Below are positions 19,182 to 29,083 of a stretch of 64,000 nt of DNA, piece after piece. This DNA is from a virus. Lineage: Duplodnaviria > Caudoviricetes. The notes under the pieces are model-generated. The model had not been told where the DNA came from. It made no database searches and was given only the letters and a program-made list of their open reading frames with translations. Location: positions 21,208 to 85,207 of IMG/VR virus record IMGVR_UViG_3300000439_000015. The stretch is one strand, 5' to 3'. A program made the translations under genes and the position numbers. Positions within the stretch are counted from its first letter, which is position 1, and each line of letters opens with the position of its first letter.

Positions 19182-20807
19182 CTATACCCCGTTTGTGTGG
19201 ACGACTTCCTGATAACCACTGAGGTAGGGGTTCAACGCACCAGCGATGCCTGTGTACGGATAGGCCGCTCCGCTCGCCCAACAGATGCGCACAACGCCGT
19301 TTCCACCTTGAGGCCACCAGCCGATTGGTGGCGTGAAGGATTGGTTGTTGTAACTGGGGTTGTTGTTTATTCCACCGTAGCCGACAGTAATCGTGTAAGT
19401 GTTTCCCTGCACGAGACTGATGTTGTTGGCATAAAGCAACGCTCCACCGCCACCAGCGCCTGAACCTGTACTAGCGTCGGGGGTTGTGTTCGCACCGTTT
19501 CCACCAAGGCCACCGCCTGGGAAGCCGCCGTTGCAATACAGATACGCCTGCGGAGTATTGGTTGAGGTGAAGCCAGCAAACGTACCGCTAAGAAAGTTGT
19601 AGTAGTTGATGAGGCCACTGCCAGCAGTTCCCGTGTTGCCCCAAGTGGAACCACCGAAGCCACCGTAAGTGTTGTATGAAGCGTTACCAATCCCGTGAGC
19701 AGAGCAAGGGTTTGCAACCTGTCCGTTGTTTTGACTTGGAGTGACATACCAAGCCGTGTACGTCGTTGCTGGGCCGCTAGACACACTCAACGTGCAGACA
19801 AGCGCACCCGTGGCAGAGTTGTACGAAGTTACCTGTTGGATTGAGTAATAGTAATACGACTGTCCACCAGCGTCAGTTTGGGGCGTGAACGTAAGGTACA
19901 TACCCGTGGTGATTGGAAGTCCTGTTCCAATAGTTCCTGACCATGAGGCTGATAACGCACGGGCAGTTGACGTTCCCGAAGTTCCCCAGCCACCGTAAAT
20001 GCCCGTGCCACCGCCACCGCCACCGAAGTACGTTTCGCCGTTGGTGTTTCCACCACCGCCACCGCCACCGCCACCGCCAGCGGCACCAGTAGTTCCTGCG
20101 GCATTGTTAGCGCCACCCGTTCCACCAGCAGCGTTGTAGCCAGCGCACCCACCGCCCCCAGCAGCACGAGCAGCACTCCCCGTTCCACCAGCGCCACCTG
20201 CGTAGCCCGTGTACGTCACGGTTCCCAATGTTCCCGACGTTGAAACTCCACCGCCAGAACCGCCCGTAGGGTTTAGACCCGTTGTTCCACCATTAGCGGT
20301 AAGCGTGTACGTTCCATTGGAGAATGATGATGAGCCACCATTGCCGTAGTTGGAACTAGCAAAAGGCTGACCGCCAGAACCAGAACCGCCGCCGCCGCCG
20401 ATGAGAAGTATTGTGGCTGTTGCGGTCACGGGGCTTACCCATGAGTAAGTGGTGGAACGCCCCGTGGTCGAGTTGGTGGGGACGTTTCCGTAACCAACGT
20501 ACAACGTGACACTTGTGGTGATACCCGTGGCGCTTGACACCGTGAACGTCGTGGCGCTCACAACTGAAGCAACCGTCGTGACGTTCCTGCACACCGAGGT
20601 AGCGGTAGCCGTAAACACGTTCATTCCAGCAGAGATGTTGCCCGTGCTGGCGACGGTTACCGTTGTTCCTGAAACGTTCGACACAGCAAACTGGTTGTAG
20701 TTGTTTGAGGCTGGTAGAAAAAGGTGCGAGTTGACTGTGCGTGTGTCGGTAGTCTCAAACCCTGCACCACGAGCCGTTCCTTCAGCAAAAGTATTTGGAA
20801 AGGGCAT
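19182..20807 (-). CDS. Glycine-rich fibre/adhesin protein
   Basis: GGGGG-rich blocks; ILLIGGGGG...GGGALLYANNISLVQGNTYTITVG...GGNGVVRICW. Confidence 0.75.
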   Translation of the reverse strand: MPFPNTFAEGTARGAGFETTDTRTVNSHLFLPASNNYNQFAVSNVSGTTVTVASTGNISAGMNVFTATATSVCRNVTTVASVVSATTFTVSSATGITTSVTLYVGYGNVPTNSTTGRSTTYSWVSPVTATATILLIGGGGGSGSGGQPFASSNYGNGGSSSFSNGTYTLTANGGTTGLNPTGGSGGGVSTSGTLGTVTYTGYAGGAGGTGSAARAAGGGGCAGYNAAGGTGGANNAAGTTGAAGGGGGGGGGGNTNGETYFGGGGGGTGIYGGWGTSGTSTARALSASWSGTIGTGLPITTGMYLTFTPQTDAGGQSYYYYSIQQVTSYNSATGALVCTLSVSSGPATTYTAWYVTPSQNNGQVANPCSAHGIGNASYNTYGGFGGSTWGNTGTAGSGLINYYNFLSGTFAGFTSTNTPQAYLYCNGGFPGGGLGGNGANTTPDASTGSGAGGGGALLYANNISLVQGNTYTITVGYGGINNNPSYNNQSFTPPIGWWPQGGNGVVRICWASGAAYPYTGIAGALNPYLSGYQEVVHTNGV

Positions 20808-21802
20808 TAGTACTTGACCTGTGAGGCAAAGACCGTCCAAGTACTTGTACCCGTTGACATGATGGTGAACGTGTACACGTCAACGGTTGATGGGTTGGCG
20901 CTCGATGGTGCGGTACCGCCCTGCCAGAACGTTGTGATGCCGTTAGTTGTGTTGCCACTTGGTGGGAACTGGGTCGTACTTGAGTACGAGTTGGTTCCGT
21001 TCAACGTGTAGGTATACGGGGCATACGCCGTCGAACCGTTTAGCACTGAAAAGACTACGGTGGCGGACTGACCAGAAGTTGTTGGCGCACCCGTGATTGC
21101 AATGGTGTACTGACCGCCGACACCACCGTTGTAATAGGCGAAGGCAGGGTTAGTGGCAAGTGCAATGGTGACCGTGCTGGAAGATGCGATTGAACTACCA
21201 CCGAGAGTGAATGCCTCGTAGGGAGCATTGAACACGGCGTTCTGAGAGACGGCTGAGTTTCCTTGACTGCCCTGATTTCCTTGGTTTCCCTGAGGCCCTT
21301 GAGGAAGGGTGAAGTTGAATACCGCTTGACCTGCGGTTGCAGAGACGTTTGTGACGATTGCAGAGTTGGGGTACGCCGTTGTGGTGACCGTACCGACGGC
21401 AATGGAAGATTGATTTCCTTGGAACCCTTGGTTACCTTGGTTTCCCTGATAACCCTGAGGCCCAATCAAGGTTGACTGGGCACCTTGGATACCCTGTACG
21501 CCCTGAACTCCTTGCACCCCTTGGATACCCTGATTGCCCTGAAGTCCCTGTGAGCCGACGACGGCGGTAACCCACGAGCCGATAACGAGCGGAGTTGATG
21601 TGGTGATACCCGTGCCGAGGGCAACCGTAACGGTGCCTGTTCCAATCGAGGAAATGGTCGTGTTGACACCAGCCGAAGCGTTCTCGACAAACATACCGAC
21701 GGCAACGTTGGCTGTGCTGGAAATGCCAACGACTGTGCCCGCCACCGAAGTCGGCGTGAACGGAGAACCCGTCGCAGGCACAAAATACTTCAACTGGGAC
21801 AT
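20807..21802 (-). CDS. Short collagen-like (Gly-X-Gln) fibre protein
   Basis: GLQGNQGIQGVQGVQG... repeats; C-terminal domain homologous to that of 24419-27811. Confidence 0.75.
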   Translation of the reverse strand: MSQLKYFVPATGSPFTPTSVAGTVVGISSTANVAVGMFVENASAGVNTTISSIGTGTVTVALGTGITTSTPLVIGSWVTAVVGSQGLQGNQGIQGVQGVQGVQGIQGAQSTLIGPQGYQGNQGNQGFQGNQSSIAVGTVTTTAYPNSAIVTNVSATAGQAVFNFTLPQGPQGNQGNQGSQGNSAVSQNAVFNAPYEAFTLGGSSIASSSTVTIALATNPAFAYYNGGVGGQYTIAITGAPTTSGQSATVVFSVLNGSTAYAPYTYTLNGTNSYSSTTQFPPSGNTTNGITTFWQGGTAPSSANPSTVDVYTFTIMSTGTSTWTVFASQVKY

Positions 21803-21803
21803 T

Positions 21804-22223
21804 TCACTGCGCCTTTCGGATTAGTTCCAAAACCATCTGAAGTTCTTGCTCAACGGTCAAACCGTCTTTGATTACGAGGTCTGCGTCAGGCGTTTCCCAC
21901 ATGGTGTTGGTGTCGGGGTATGGACTTGACCCTATTCTATCTACCCAAATCAAGAAGTCTGGCTTGCCAAATGCTTCACGGGTGTCTACCGTCGGGCATA
22001 CGAAGTCAACGACGACAGTGAACTCTTGCTCCTGAAACAGGCGAGCCATTCCACCAAGACGACGGGCTTGCTCGATGCGGTCTGTGTGGGAGAACCCGAG
22101 GTCGGCGTTGACGTGGTTTCGCACTGCGTCTGCGTTGAGGTGAATGGCACCGAGCCATTCCGACAAAGCCTCTGCAAGAACCGTTTTGCCAGCCGTCGGC
22201 AACCCGATTATCTGGATAATCAT
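21804..22223 (-). CDS. cysC: Adenylyl-sulfate (APS) kinase-like P-loop kinase
   Basis: GLPTAGKT P-loop; LNADAVRNHVNADLGFSHTDRIEQARRLG...VVVDFVCP, matching CysC-type sequence. Confidence 0.8.
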   Translation of the reverse strand: MIIQIIGLPTAGKTVLAEALSEWLGAIHLNADAVRNHVNADLGFSHTDRIEQARRLGGMARLFQEQEFTVVVDFVCPTVDTREAFGKPDFLIWVDRIGSSPYPDTNTMWETPDADLVIKDGLTVEQELQMVLELIRKAQ

Positions 22224-22882
22224 TGCCCCTGCTTCCAAAACAACGAGTTGTCCATGTAGATTTCACTGTCCGCTTCCGTCATCTTCTGAAGGCGCTTGAC
22301 TTGCGAGTACGACAGGTTGTTGAAGGTCAACTGGCTCTGCGTGTTGGCGTTGTAGTTCGGCATGGTGTACTTGGCGTTGATGAGGTCGGGCAAGTCGAAC
22401 CGTGTGCAGATTGCTTTGCGCACTTCCTCTAGCGTTTCACCATTGAGTTGGTTGTCACGGAGAAGCACGTCCACTCGCTTGACGTTCTTTAGAACCGCCT
22501 CGTTTTCCACCTCAATGGGCATTGCGTTGAGTTTCGTCAACAGCGCACCGCCCTGAACATCGAACGAGTAGGCGAACATCTTGCTCTGGTAGTTAGTCAG
22601 CGCAACTTCGTTTGTGTCGAGCCACTCGTCAAAGGCCAACCACTCTTCCGCCATCTGCACCCGTCGGTACTCGTATTGGCTCACAAGGCGACGCATTGGC
22701 TCTCGGACTGAACTGATGACGAACGTCTCATCGTCCACGTCCTTCCACCCGTAATGCTCTTGACTGCCTGAGGTGGAAAGTTGTTGACCCTCAATGCCGT
22801 GGGCGTAGACCAACGGGTCGAGCAATGTGGACTTGATGTACGTTCCGCCTGCTTTTGGAATGTGGTGATGGAAGATTTCCAT
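22220..22882 (-). CDS. PAPS-dependent sulfotransferase (Sulfotransfer_2-like)
   Basis: 5'-PSB motif HHHIPKAGGTYI and 3'-PB motif SSVREPMRRLVSQYEY. Confidence 0.8.
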   Translation of the reverse strand: MEIFHHHIPKAGGTYIKSTLLDPLVYAHGIEGQQLSTSGSQEHYGWKDVDDETFVISSVREPMRRLVSQYEYRRVQMAEEWLAFDEWLDTNEVALTNYQSKMFAYSFDVQGGALLTKLNAMPIEVENEAVLKNVKRVDVLLRDNQLNGETLEEVRKAICTRFDLPDLINAKYTMPNYNANTQSQLTFNNLSYSQVKRLQKMTEADSEIYMDNSLFWKQGQ

Positions 22883-23109
22883 TAGGCGATTGGGTTGGGG
22901 TTGGGCGCTACGGGAACGGCGCTAATGGTTGCTGGTGGAATGAAGTCTGTTCCGTCGTATGTCCAACCGACGTTTGGAACCATGTCATTGTTCGTCACGT
23001 CAATGATGTTCGCCGAAGAGGTGAACGACGTAGCGAGAGTATCGTCCGTGTTGAGGACAAGTGTGACGTTTCCACCAGCGTCTACGAATGCGATTACTAC
23101 GTTTGCCAT
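22882..23109 (-). CDS. Small fibre-associated / assembly protein
   Basis: AFVDAGGNVTLV...PNVGWTYDGTDFIPP, typical of small genes next to Gly-rich fibres. Confidence 0.6.
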   Translation of the reverse strand: MANVVIAFVDAGGNVTLVLNTDDTLATSFTSSANIIDVTNNDMVPNVGWTYDGTDFIPPATISAVPVAPNPNPIA

Positions 23110-24419
23110 TAGTTGACCACCTCATTGGTTGTTGAACTGACATTAGTTGAAGGGAATGCTCGCTGGGTTCCTGCAATGCCCCAGACAATGCGCACGGCTC
23201 CGCCACCTGCCCCTGCCTGAACGTTTGCTGGGATTGCCGCTACTCCACCAGTGTTTGTGCCAACGTACCCCGAGGCAACGGTAAAAGAAGATGAGTTGGC
23301 GCTGGTGATTATGTAAGTTCCATTGAGTGTTAGAGAGAAGTTGTTTAGAAAAACAATCTGCCCAGCCTTGTAAGTGTTGGCTACGGTTATTGTCGTCGTT
23401 GTGCCATTTCCACTTGATGAAGCGCCAGTGTATGTTGCTTGAACTGGCCCAGCACTTGCGGTGCCCACTTGGACGGTGTAAGTCTGGTTTGGGATAACCA
23501 AGTAGTTGTTGATGTATGCCAATGCTCCACCACCGCCAGAAAAAACACTGCTGAAGGGTGTGGTTAGTGGGGTTGAGTATGGGGGTGAAGGGGCACTAAA
23601 ACCCGCACCGCCACCGAAGGCACCGCCACCGCCAGAACCGCCGTAGTTTGCCGTAGGCGAGTAACTGCTCCAAGCGCCGCCAAGACCGCCTGCCAGACCA
23701 CTGGTACTGAAATCTGTAGTGCCAGCCGTACCATTTGTGTCTATTTGATTGCTGCTGTTGTCGCCTTGACCGCCTGAACCGCCAGCGGAACTTCCACTTC
23801 CGCCCCCAGTGCCACCTAAGGCGTAACCGCTCGATAGTGTCCCCTTAGCGCCACCTGTTCCTGAGTATTGGTAGTTAGCGCCGTACACGCCTGTTCCACC
23901 ACCGCCTGCACCACCGCCTACGGTGTACTGGTTCTGGTAGTAGCCAGAGCCACCACCACCACCACCGTCGGTTGATGATGCGCCAGCACTTGACCGAGCG
24001 CCCGTATTTAGGGTTGTTCCACCTGCTCCGCCATTGGAAGAGTATCCACCAGCACCACCGCCGCCACCGCCGTCATAAGAGTTTCCAGCACCGCCAGAGC
24101 CACCAGTACCTGCCAGTACGACACCGCCTGTTCCATTGGCTTGACCACCAGAAGAAGCCACAATGCTTGCGCTTCCAAAGTACGAGGTTCCGCCAGAAAA
24201 GTATCCGCCACCTGCGCCTACGCAGACGACGCTGATGTTGTATACCCCTGCTGGACACGTCCATGTGTACATCTGGGCGTTGCTTGCCGTAACCGAAGAA
24301 GTTGCGTACACCGTTGAGGTGAAAAGGTGCGACCCAGTTGATTGGTTGACTAGGACGGTTTGGAACTCCCCGTATCCGTCCACCGACATCTCTGCTCGTG
24401 CTGAAATAATGGGCGACAT
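23109..24419 (-). CDS. Glycine-rich fibre/adhesin protein
   Basis: TWTCPAGVYNISVVCVGAGGG...GGGALAYINNYLVIPNQTYTVQVG...GGGAVRIVWG; paralogue of 19182-20807. Confidence 0.75.
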   Translation of the reverse strand: MSPIISARAEMSVDGYGEFQTVLVNQSTGSHLFTSTVYATSSVTASNAQMYTWTCPAGVYNISVVCVGAGGGYFSGGTSYFGSASIVASSGGQANGTGGVVLAGTGGSGGAGNSYDGGGGGGAGGYSSNGGAGGTTLNTGARSSAGASSTDGGGGGGSGYYQNQYTVGGGAGGGGTGVYGANYQYSGTGGAKGTLSSGYALGGTGGGSGSSAGGSGGQGDNSSNQIDTNGTAGTTDFSTSGLAGGLGGAWSSYSPTANYGGSGGGGAFGGGAGFSAPSPPYSTPLTTPFSSVFSGGGGALAYINNYLVIPNQTYTVQVGTASAGPVQATYTGASSSGNGTTTTITVANTYKAGQIVFLNNFSLTLNGTYIITSANSSSFTVASGYVGTNTGGVAAIPANVQAGAGGGAVRIVWGIAGTQRAFPSTNVSSTTNEVVN

Positions 24420-27400
24420 TAGTACTTATTGAGGTTGAGAAGTAGCGTCCAAGTATTGGTGCCCGTACAGATTGCGTTTATGACGTACACATCGAGGGTA
24501 GAAGCGTCCGCAGTAGACCACGCTACTCCACTTTGGTAGTACGACGTGATGCCGTTGTTCGTAGCGCCTTGCGCTGGGAGAGTGGTGAACGATGCGGTTG
24601 ATGTTGCACCCGTGGCTGGATTGGTTACCGAGAAGGACGAAGAAGTGGCGCTAAGGACAACCCACGAACCGTTGAAGTTGCTGTTTCCTGTCGCACCCGT
24701 AATGTACACTTCCTGCCCTGCTACCAGAGAGTTGCTGGCAGTGTAGGTAACAACGCCACCCGTGTACGAGATGGCGGAAATGGCAGTCGAAGCGCCCGCT
24801 TGGTAGCCGTTCACTGAAATGTTGCTGGGCAAGTACGCAGTTGCCGAGTTGTTGACCATGAGGGCAACTGTGATTGACTGACCAGCAGTAGTTGGGGCAT
24901 TTGTCAAGTTCAACTGCCACGGAGCGGTTGGTGAGTACGAGTTGTAGTAGTACACCGACTGGGTGTTGAGAGGGATTGATGCTGGGACGGCGTTGCTCAA
25001 CTGCGCCGTCGAGAGGTTTACGCTTTCGATTGGTGAAGCGATGATGGGGAAGTTGATGATGGGCGAAGTCAGGGTCTTGTTGGTTAGCGTCTGAGAAGCC
25101 GTCGTGCCCACAACCTGCTGGGCAATACTGGCTGGGTCGTAGGTGGACGTACTCATGTTTCCACCACCCTGAGGGCCTTGAGTACCGTTTCCTGAAGCGG
25201 TTGTGTCTAGCCAGAGAAGCGTCGTGTCGTATGGGGGCAATCCGTTGCTAGAGGTGTAAATGCCCTGCGCACCTTGGTTGCCTTGGTTGCCTTGATAGCC
25301 TTGATTGCCTTGTGTACCCTGAGCGCCAGTAACCGAGGCTCCCTGATTACCTTGGTTCCCCTGAAATCCCTGTGTTCCGGTAGAACCCGTCGAACCCTGA
25401 CTACCCGTAGACCCCTGATTACCCTGATTTCCTTGGTTGCCCTGTGCTCCGGTTGAGCCTTGGGCACCAGTGGCACCAGTTGCGCCCTGAGCGCCGGTGG
25501 AGCCTTGCGCTCCGGTGTTGCCTTGGTTGCCTTGAAATCCTTGGTTACCTTGATAGCCCTGACTACCTTGTGCACCTGTTGTACCCTGTGCGCCAGTTGA
25601 GCCTTGGTTGCCCTGTGAACCCTGTGAACCCGTCGCCCCTTGTGCACCTGTTGTACCCTGAAAGCCCTGCGTCCCTTGGAATCCCTGTGTACCTTGGTAG
25701 CCTTGGTTTCCCTGCGCCCCTTGGTATGTCACTTGCTGAGCAGTGAAAATGACGCTTGGGGTGGCTGGGACGGTGGGGCCGGTCTGGGAGCCAGTGGCGG
25801 CGATGGAGATAGTCGTGTTCGACGGTGCCCACGCCAACTGAACGTAGTCGTTGGCATTGACGTTGATGACGTAGTTGACGGCAGCAATCAGCGCACCAGA
25901 GCCACCATGCGAAGTCCCAGGCACGTTATACGTCGAGTTGCTGTCAATGACATCCGTACCGTTTTGACGAAGCCAAACATCCACGTTGTCAGAGTTGCTG
26001 TCAGAGTTAGCAAACTGAATCGAGTATTGGATGTTGTACGTTCCAGCGTGGGCGAACGTGACTTGGTTTCCACTGGCGATGGTAATCCCGTAGTTGGCGC
26101 TCACCGTGTTGATGTTTACGACGTTGGAAACCGTTGTGGATGAGGCCGTCTGGGTCGTCGTGTCGTATGCCGAGATGTAGTTGGCGATTACACCACCGGC
26201 ACCCTGCACGCCTTGATACCCTTGTGCGCCCTGACCAGAAACTTGCGTCCAGTTGATGTTGTCGGTGCCGATAAGGATTACACCATCAGTACCAGTACCA
26301 GTCGAAATCATCTCGTAGGTCTTGCCAACGTTGCTTGTTCCGGCGATGGTGAGCGTGTAGTCGCCAGCGGCAACCTCGCCAGCGGTGGAATCGTTGTAGT
26401 CGGTGGCACGGGTGAGTGTCCACGGCGTTGATACTGAGCCGGTTGCCGTTACGGTGTAGATACCGTTGTACTTGGCGTTGGTGTTTGCGGTAACGAGAAC
26501 ACGTTGGTTGGCGGTCAGGGTCACGCCGTCAATCACCAAAGCACCGTTTGCAGAAGCGGTAAGTTTTGCGCCGATGCCGTAACCGCCACTAGCGTCAATC
26601 GTGCCAGCCGTGTAGGTGGAAGAGTTCGTCGTTCCGGCGGTGTCGGCAACCTGAACGGATGAGTGGGCGTTGAGTGCTGAAGGCGCTCCCTGCACGCCTT
26701 GATTTCCCTGATACCCTTGATTTCCTTGGAATCCTTGCGTACCCTGCGTCCCTTGGAACCCTTGAACGCCTTGCGTACCCTGATTTCCTTGGTTACCCTG
26801 AGAACCAGTCGAGCCGGTTGAACCCTGATTGCCCTGAGAACCCTGTACACCCTGCGTACCTTGGAATCCCTGACTGCCCTGAACACCTTGGCTGCCGGTT
26901 ACTCCTTGGTAACCTTGGTTTCCTTGGCTACCAGTCGCCCCCGTCGAACCTTGCGAGCCAGTAGAACCTTGACTACCCGTTGCTCCTTGGTTTCCTTGAT
27001 TTCCCTGTGAACCAGTATTTCCTTGGACACCCTGTGTACCCTGTGTACCAGTGGTACCAGTGGTACCAACGTTGCCTTGGTTGCCTTGGAATCCCTGATT
27101 CCCCTGTACGCCCTGTACTCCTTGCGTACCTTGGTTTCCCTGCACGCCGTTTATTCCAGCATTCCCTTGGTTTCCTTGAACCCCTTGTACCCCTTGTACG
27201 CCAATAGAGCCTTGGTTGCCCTGATTGCCTTGTGTACCGTTTGCGCCGTTGTTTCCTTGGTTGCCCTGAACACCTTGGGTACCTTGGGTACCTTGGGTAC
27301 CCTGCGTGCCCGTAGAACCCCACTGAAGCCCTGATGCACCAACAGTAAGCACTTGGCCCGTAGAGCCTTGTGGCAGTCGAGCCAAAGAGTTTGCCCCCGA

Positions 27401-27811
27401 GCCGACAAGAAGGTCGCCAGATGCGACGATTTGCCCAACGGTTTCAGCAACGGCGTAGTTTGCCTCTGAGATGTCCGTCGAGGTCATGATTGGAACAACG
27501 GAAGCACCCGAAGCGTGCGACATTCCAGTACCCGACGTAGCGGTATCAAATGCACGAACTACGCCCGTCAAGGTGACATTAGAGCCTGACCAGTTGTAGA
27601 CGTTGGCTGGAACGTAGATGTGCTCTTCGAGTGACGTTCCGTAGTCAAGGGCGAGGTAGAAACCGCCGTTGATGCCAAGTCCTGCCCACGAGCCGATGCC
27701 TGCCGAGAAGGTCAGGTAGATGGTGGTATCCGTGGCCCCGATGGGCGACGTTAGAAGCGCAGCGTATGGTTCGCCCGTGTAACTGTTGAGCGAATAGGGA
27801 GTTCTTGCCAT
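24419..27811 (-). CDS. Long collagen-like (Gly-X-Gln) tail fibre protein, 1130 aa
   Basis: Two long GxQ triplet blocks flanking a globular LTANQRVLV...WTLTRATD fibre domain; beta-rich C-terminal domain. Confidence 0.85.
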   Translation of the reverse strand: MARTPYSLNSYTGEPYAALLTSPIGATDTTIYLTFSAGIGSWAGLGINGGFYLALDYGTSLEEHIYVPANVYNWSGSNVTLTGVVRAFDTATSGTGMSHASGASVVPIMTSTDISEANYAVAETVGQIVASGDLLVGSGANSLARLPQGSTGQVLTVGASGLQWGSTGTQGTQGTQGTQGVQGNQGNNGANGTQGNQGNQGSIGVQGVQGVQGNQGNAGINGVQGNQGTQGVQGVQGNQGFQGNQGNVGTTGTTGTQGTQGVQGNTGSQGNQGNQGATGSQGSTGSQGSTGATGSQGNQGYQGVTGSQGVQGSQGFQGTQGVQGSQGNQGSTGSTGSQGNQGNQGTQGVQGFQGTQGTQGFQGNQGYQGNQGVQGAPSALNAHSSVQVADTAGTTNSSTYTAGTIDASGGYGIGAKLTASANGALVIDGVTLTANQRVLVTANTNAKYNGIYTVTATGSVSTPWTLTRATDYNDSTAGEVAAGDYTLTIAGTSNVGKTYEMISTGTGTDGVILIGTDNINWTQVSGQGAQGYQGVQGAGGVIANYISAYDTTTQTASSTTVSNVVNINTVSANYGITIASGNQVTFAHAGTYNIQYSIQFANSDSNSDNVDVWLRQNGTDVIDSNSTYNVPGTSHGGSGALIAAVNYVINVNANDYVQLAWAPSNTTISIAATGSQTGPTVPATPSVIFTAQQVTYQGAQGNQGYQGTQGFQGTQGFQGTTGAQGATGSQGSQGNQGSTGAQGTTGAQGSQGYQGNQGFQGNQGNTGAQGSTGAQGATGATGAQGSTGAQGNQGNQGNQGSTGSQGSTGSTGTQGFQGNQGNQGASVTGAQGTQGNQGYQGNQGNQGAQGIYTSSNGLPPYDTTLLWLDTTASGNGTQGPQGGGNMSTSTYDPASIAQQVVGTTASQTLTNKTLTSPIINFPIIASPIESVNLSTAQLSNAVPASIPLNTQSVYYYNSYSPTAPWQLNLTNAPTTAGQSITVALMVNNSATAYLPSNISVNGYQAGASTAISAISYTGGVVTYTASNSLVAGQEVYITGATGNSNFNGSWVVLSATSSSFSVTNPATGATSTASFTTLPAQGATNNGITSYYQSGVAWSTADASTLDVYVINAICTGTNTWTLLLNLNKY
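25300..25725 (-). repeat. Gly-X-Gln collagen-like triplet repeat block 2
   Basis: 9-bp periodic ccttggttg/ccctg-type repeats; translation GxQGxQ; boundaries approximate. Confidence 0.85.
26690..27310 (-). repeat. Gly-X-Gln collagen-like triplet repeat block 1
   Basis: Translation GTQGTQGTQGVQGNQGNN...; boundaries approximate. Confidence 0.85.
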
Positions 27812-27834
27812 TTCAGCCCCTAAGGGTTATCCCC

Positions 27835-28557
27835 TTAGTTGCTCAGCAACCAAGTAGGCGTGACCTTCAGGGTGTCGTTCGCTCCAAGGGTTGGGCCTGC
27901 ATTGGTTGCTGAACCATCTGCGAAGTTGGCGGCGTAGTAAATGTTTCCTGTCGTGGTGCTGGAAACGGCATCCGTAATGAAGTAACCGTTTGCCTGAGGC
28001 CACGAACCAGTCGCCGTGAACGTAACCTGACCGCCCGTTGACTTTTCACCATTCACGGTGTCACCGATGAGAACGGTTGCGCTAGTCGTGTGCGATGAGG
28101 TGAAGGCGGAAGAAACCGTTACCGTCGAGCCAGAGATACCCGTAATGACTTTGAGTTCCGAGGTACCAGTGCTGTCGAAGTTGGCGGTCATACCAATGGC
28201 GACACCCGTGGTCGAAGAAAGCGAAGCAGTCCACGAGCCAGAAGCGATTGAGGCGCTAGGCGTGGTGGAAAGAACTGGCGAACCAGCGTTGTATGCAGTA
28301 GCGGTTGCAATGGCAGCAAAGTTGACAGACTGGCGGCTGTAACCCGATGCGGCGGTGCCAGAAGCGCCCCAGATTTCGTAACCCGAAGAGTTCAACGTGG
28401 CAAGGGTGACGGTGGCGGCAGGAACCGTGGTACCAGAGAAGTTAGTGAAAAGACCAAGGTAGTAGGTCGGGGCGGTACCAGAAGGCGTGGTGCCAGTAGG
28501 CACGGCAAGTTGGTTGAAAATCTTTGTCAAGCCTTGGTTGAAGAATACCTGAGCCAT
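27835..28557 (-). CDS. Putative virion structural protein (fibre-associated)
   Basis: MAQVFFNQGLTKIFNQL...YYLGLFT...GYSRQSV...VTFTATGSWPQANGYFITD...LGANDTLKVT. Confidence 0.65.
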   Translation of the reverse strand: MAQVFFNQGLTKIFNQLAVPTGTTPSGTAPTYYLGLFTNFSGTTVPAATVTLATLNSSGYEIWGASGTAASGYSRQSVNFAAIATATAYNAGSPVLSTTPSASIASGSWTASLSSTTGVAIGMTANFDSTGTSELKVITGISGSTVTVSSAFTSSHTTSATVLIGDTVNGEKSTGGQVTFTATGSWPQANGYFITDAVSSTTTGNIYYAANFADGSATNAGPTLGANDTLKVTPTWLLSN

Positions 28558-28618
28558 GTCTACTCCTAGGGGTTTGCGCTGTGTCTATTCTGCCACAGGA
28601 TTGGTGAAATGAAGCCCT

Positions 28619-29083
28619 TTACTGCTGGGCATCGCCCATGAACGTGCGCAGTTCATGGCTCAACTTCTTGACTTCATGCAGTTCAACTTCGAGGCGATGG
28701 AGTATTTCAGCACTCTCCTTGGAGATTTGCAGGTGCGACAAGGCTTGCTCGGCGGAAACGGCATCGGCTCGCTTGGCGGCAATCAGCAGAATCGCTCCTT
28801 GCAAGCCAGCCAACATTGAGAGGAAGAGGTTTAGCAAGATGAACGGATACGGGTCGAACCCCTTGTTGTTCAGCCAAAAGACATTGACCGCTGCCCAGAT
28901 TGCCATGAACACCAAGAATGTGCCCACGAATCCCCACGAACCCATCTTGTTGCGCACTGCATCCGCAGCCTTTTCACCACGGGTTAGTTCGCCACCCGTG
29001 CGAACGTATGGGTGGTCGTTCCACGGGTTGTTCTCGTCGTACCAGATTTCGTTTTCTACGCCGTCAGTCCACTCACTTGACAT
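28619..29083 (-). CDS. DUF1003-like membrane protein
   Basis: LTRGEKAADAV...GSWGFV...FDPYPFILLNLFLSMLAGLQGAILLIA. Confidence 0.8.
   Translation of the reverse strand: MSSEWTDGVENEIWYDENNPWNDHPYVRTGGELTRGEKAADAVRNKMGSWGFVGTFLVFMAIWAAVNVFWLNNKGFDPYPFILLNLFLSMLAGLQGAILLIAAKRADAVSAEQALSHLQISKESAEILHRLEVELHEVKKLSHELRTFMGDAQQ

Noticed and set aside
25300-27310. Regular short DNA repeats resembling a CRISPR array or VNTR
   Set aside because: 9-bp periodicity is fully explained by in-frame Gly-X-Gln codons; there are no unique spacers
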